Shown here: positions 63,301 through 64,000 of the stretch, piece after piece | Layout of the letters: each line of letters begins with the position of its first letter | Position numbering within the stretch: the first letter of the stretch is position 1 | NCBI GenBank assembly: GCA_047495785.1 | Contig: JBLDXI010000024.1 | Coordinates: 1,550,001 to 1,614,000 of the forward strand | DNA: 64,000 nt | Direction: 5' to 3' | Source: Lepidodermella squamata | Lineage: Eukaryota; Animalia; Gastrotricha | The notes under the pieces: model-generated | Database searches by the model: none | Seen by the model: the letters and a program-made list of their open reading frames with translations, nothing else | What the model was told of the DNA's origin: nothing | Made by a program: the position numbers and the translations under genes

Positions 63301-64000
63301 CAAGCATCGATTGTTTCGGCCCTGATAGCCGCTGATAAGATCAACCTTGAGGTAAAGACTCCTGTTCAAGTGACGACGATAACTGGGACAAATTTGGTAG
63401 CAACAATTGGCGGCATGACACCACTAATCCATGCAGCTTTTGTCAGTTCGAGCTGCGCCTTCGACAACACAGACACAATTCGCAGCCTTGTAGCTAAGAA
63501 TGTCAATATTAACGCCAAAGATTCACAGGGCAATACAGCTCTGATTTACGGTGGCTGTACTTCGGCGGTGACCGATGTGCTGCTAGCTGCATCGACCCCA
63601 GCCGATCCTAATGCAGCGAATGCTGAAGGAATGACAGCGGCGATGAGAGCGACCATCGATGCTAGGCCAAATACTGTTGAACGGCTGGAAAAACTGTTCA
63701 ATGCTAGGGCTGATTTGGCTAAACGGGACAACAGGGGCCAAACTGTTCACTGGTACGCTGCTTCACCGTTACCACCTCCATCATCGACCTCCTCAACCGC
63801 ATCTGGTACTAGCTCCACAGCTGCGATCAGGCTTGCAGCTCTCAAGTTCGCTGAAAGCAAGGGCGTGCCCTTGAATGATAGGGATGCAGCTGGACGACTG
63901 TTGGTGTCATTTGCGTGTCAGAACGCTGTTGGAGATCAGAACGCTGATTCAGTTTTCAACTACATCTTATCAAAAACCTCCTGCCCGGCCGATTGCTCAA
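60369..64000 (+). CDS. Signal-peptide-bearing ankyrin-repeat protein made of at least 4 one-exon super-repeats; 3'-partial
   Basis: Exons 60369-61376, 61436-62254, 62318-63109 and 63163->64000, all joined in phase 0. Each exon has the motifs TAV.N, LAIRKN, TP(L/I), GRNVLFY and a Cys-rich end (CPxxC). N-terminal LLVLASVTSLAIGC is followed by a Ser/Thr-rich stalk. Confidence 0.88.

Noticed and set aside
1-64000. Prokaryotic features (operons, CRISPR arrays, IS elements, rRNA/tRNA)
   Set aside because: The DNA is intron-containing animal sequence. I saw no repeat-spacer array or structured RNA gene by eye.

Overview
This is eukaryotic (metazoan) genomic DNA with a standard code and GT-AG introns, many only about 45-60 nt. 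The ORF track therefore shows exon fragments; I rebuilt gene models by hand from splice sites and homology. Left to right: (1) the 5' part of an Apaf-1/CED-4-like NB-ARC gene with almost no N-terminal domain (missed by the ORF track), divergent from a Golgi carbohydrate sulfotransferase. (2) A secretory-gene block: an acidic 16-Cys secreted protein, two tandem GH3 acyl-amido-synthetase (GHDC-like) genes, and a second acidic 16-Cys paralogue. (3) Six tandem two-exon genes for small secreted Cys-containing prepropeptides. Three or four have a signal-[FCxxTCG]-linker-KR-[DLxxLCxxCxxxGF] two-chain layout, and two end in an FCRRINVxC...Cx6C domain. (4) Two tandem DNAH3-like axonemal dynein heavy chains. 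The downstream copy is divergent, has altered Walker B motifs and hosts an intronless class C GPCR in an intron on the same strand; the upstream copy hosts an antisense prepropeptide gene. (5) A signal-peptide-bearing ankyrin protein built from one-exon, Cys-capped super-repeats, running off the right edge. The best candidate for an undescribed system is the 3.8-19 kb cluster of secreted precursors predicted to give disulfide-linked two-chain products, interleaved with GH3 enzymes. No database searches were run, so family names come from motif recognition and all novelty claims are unverified.
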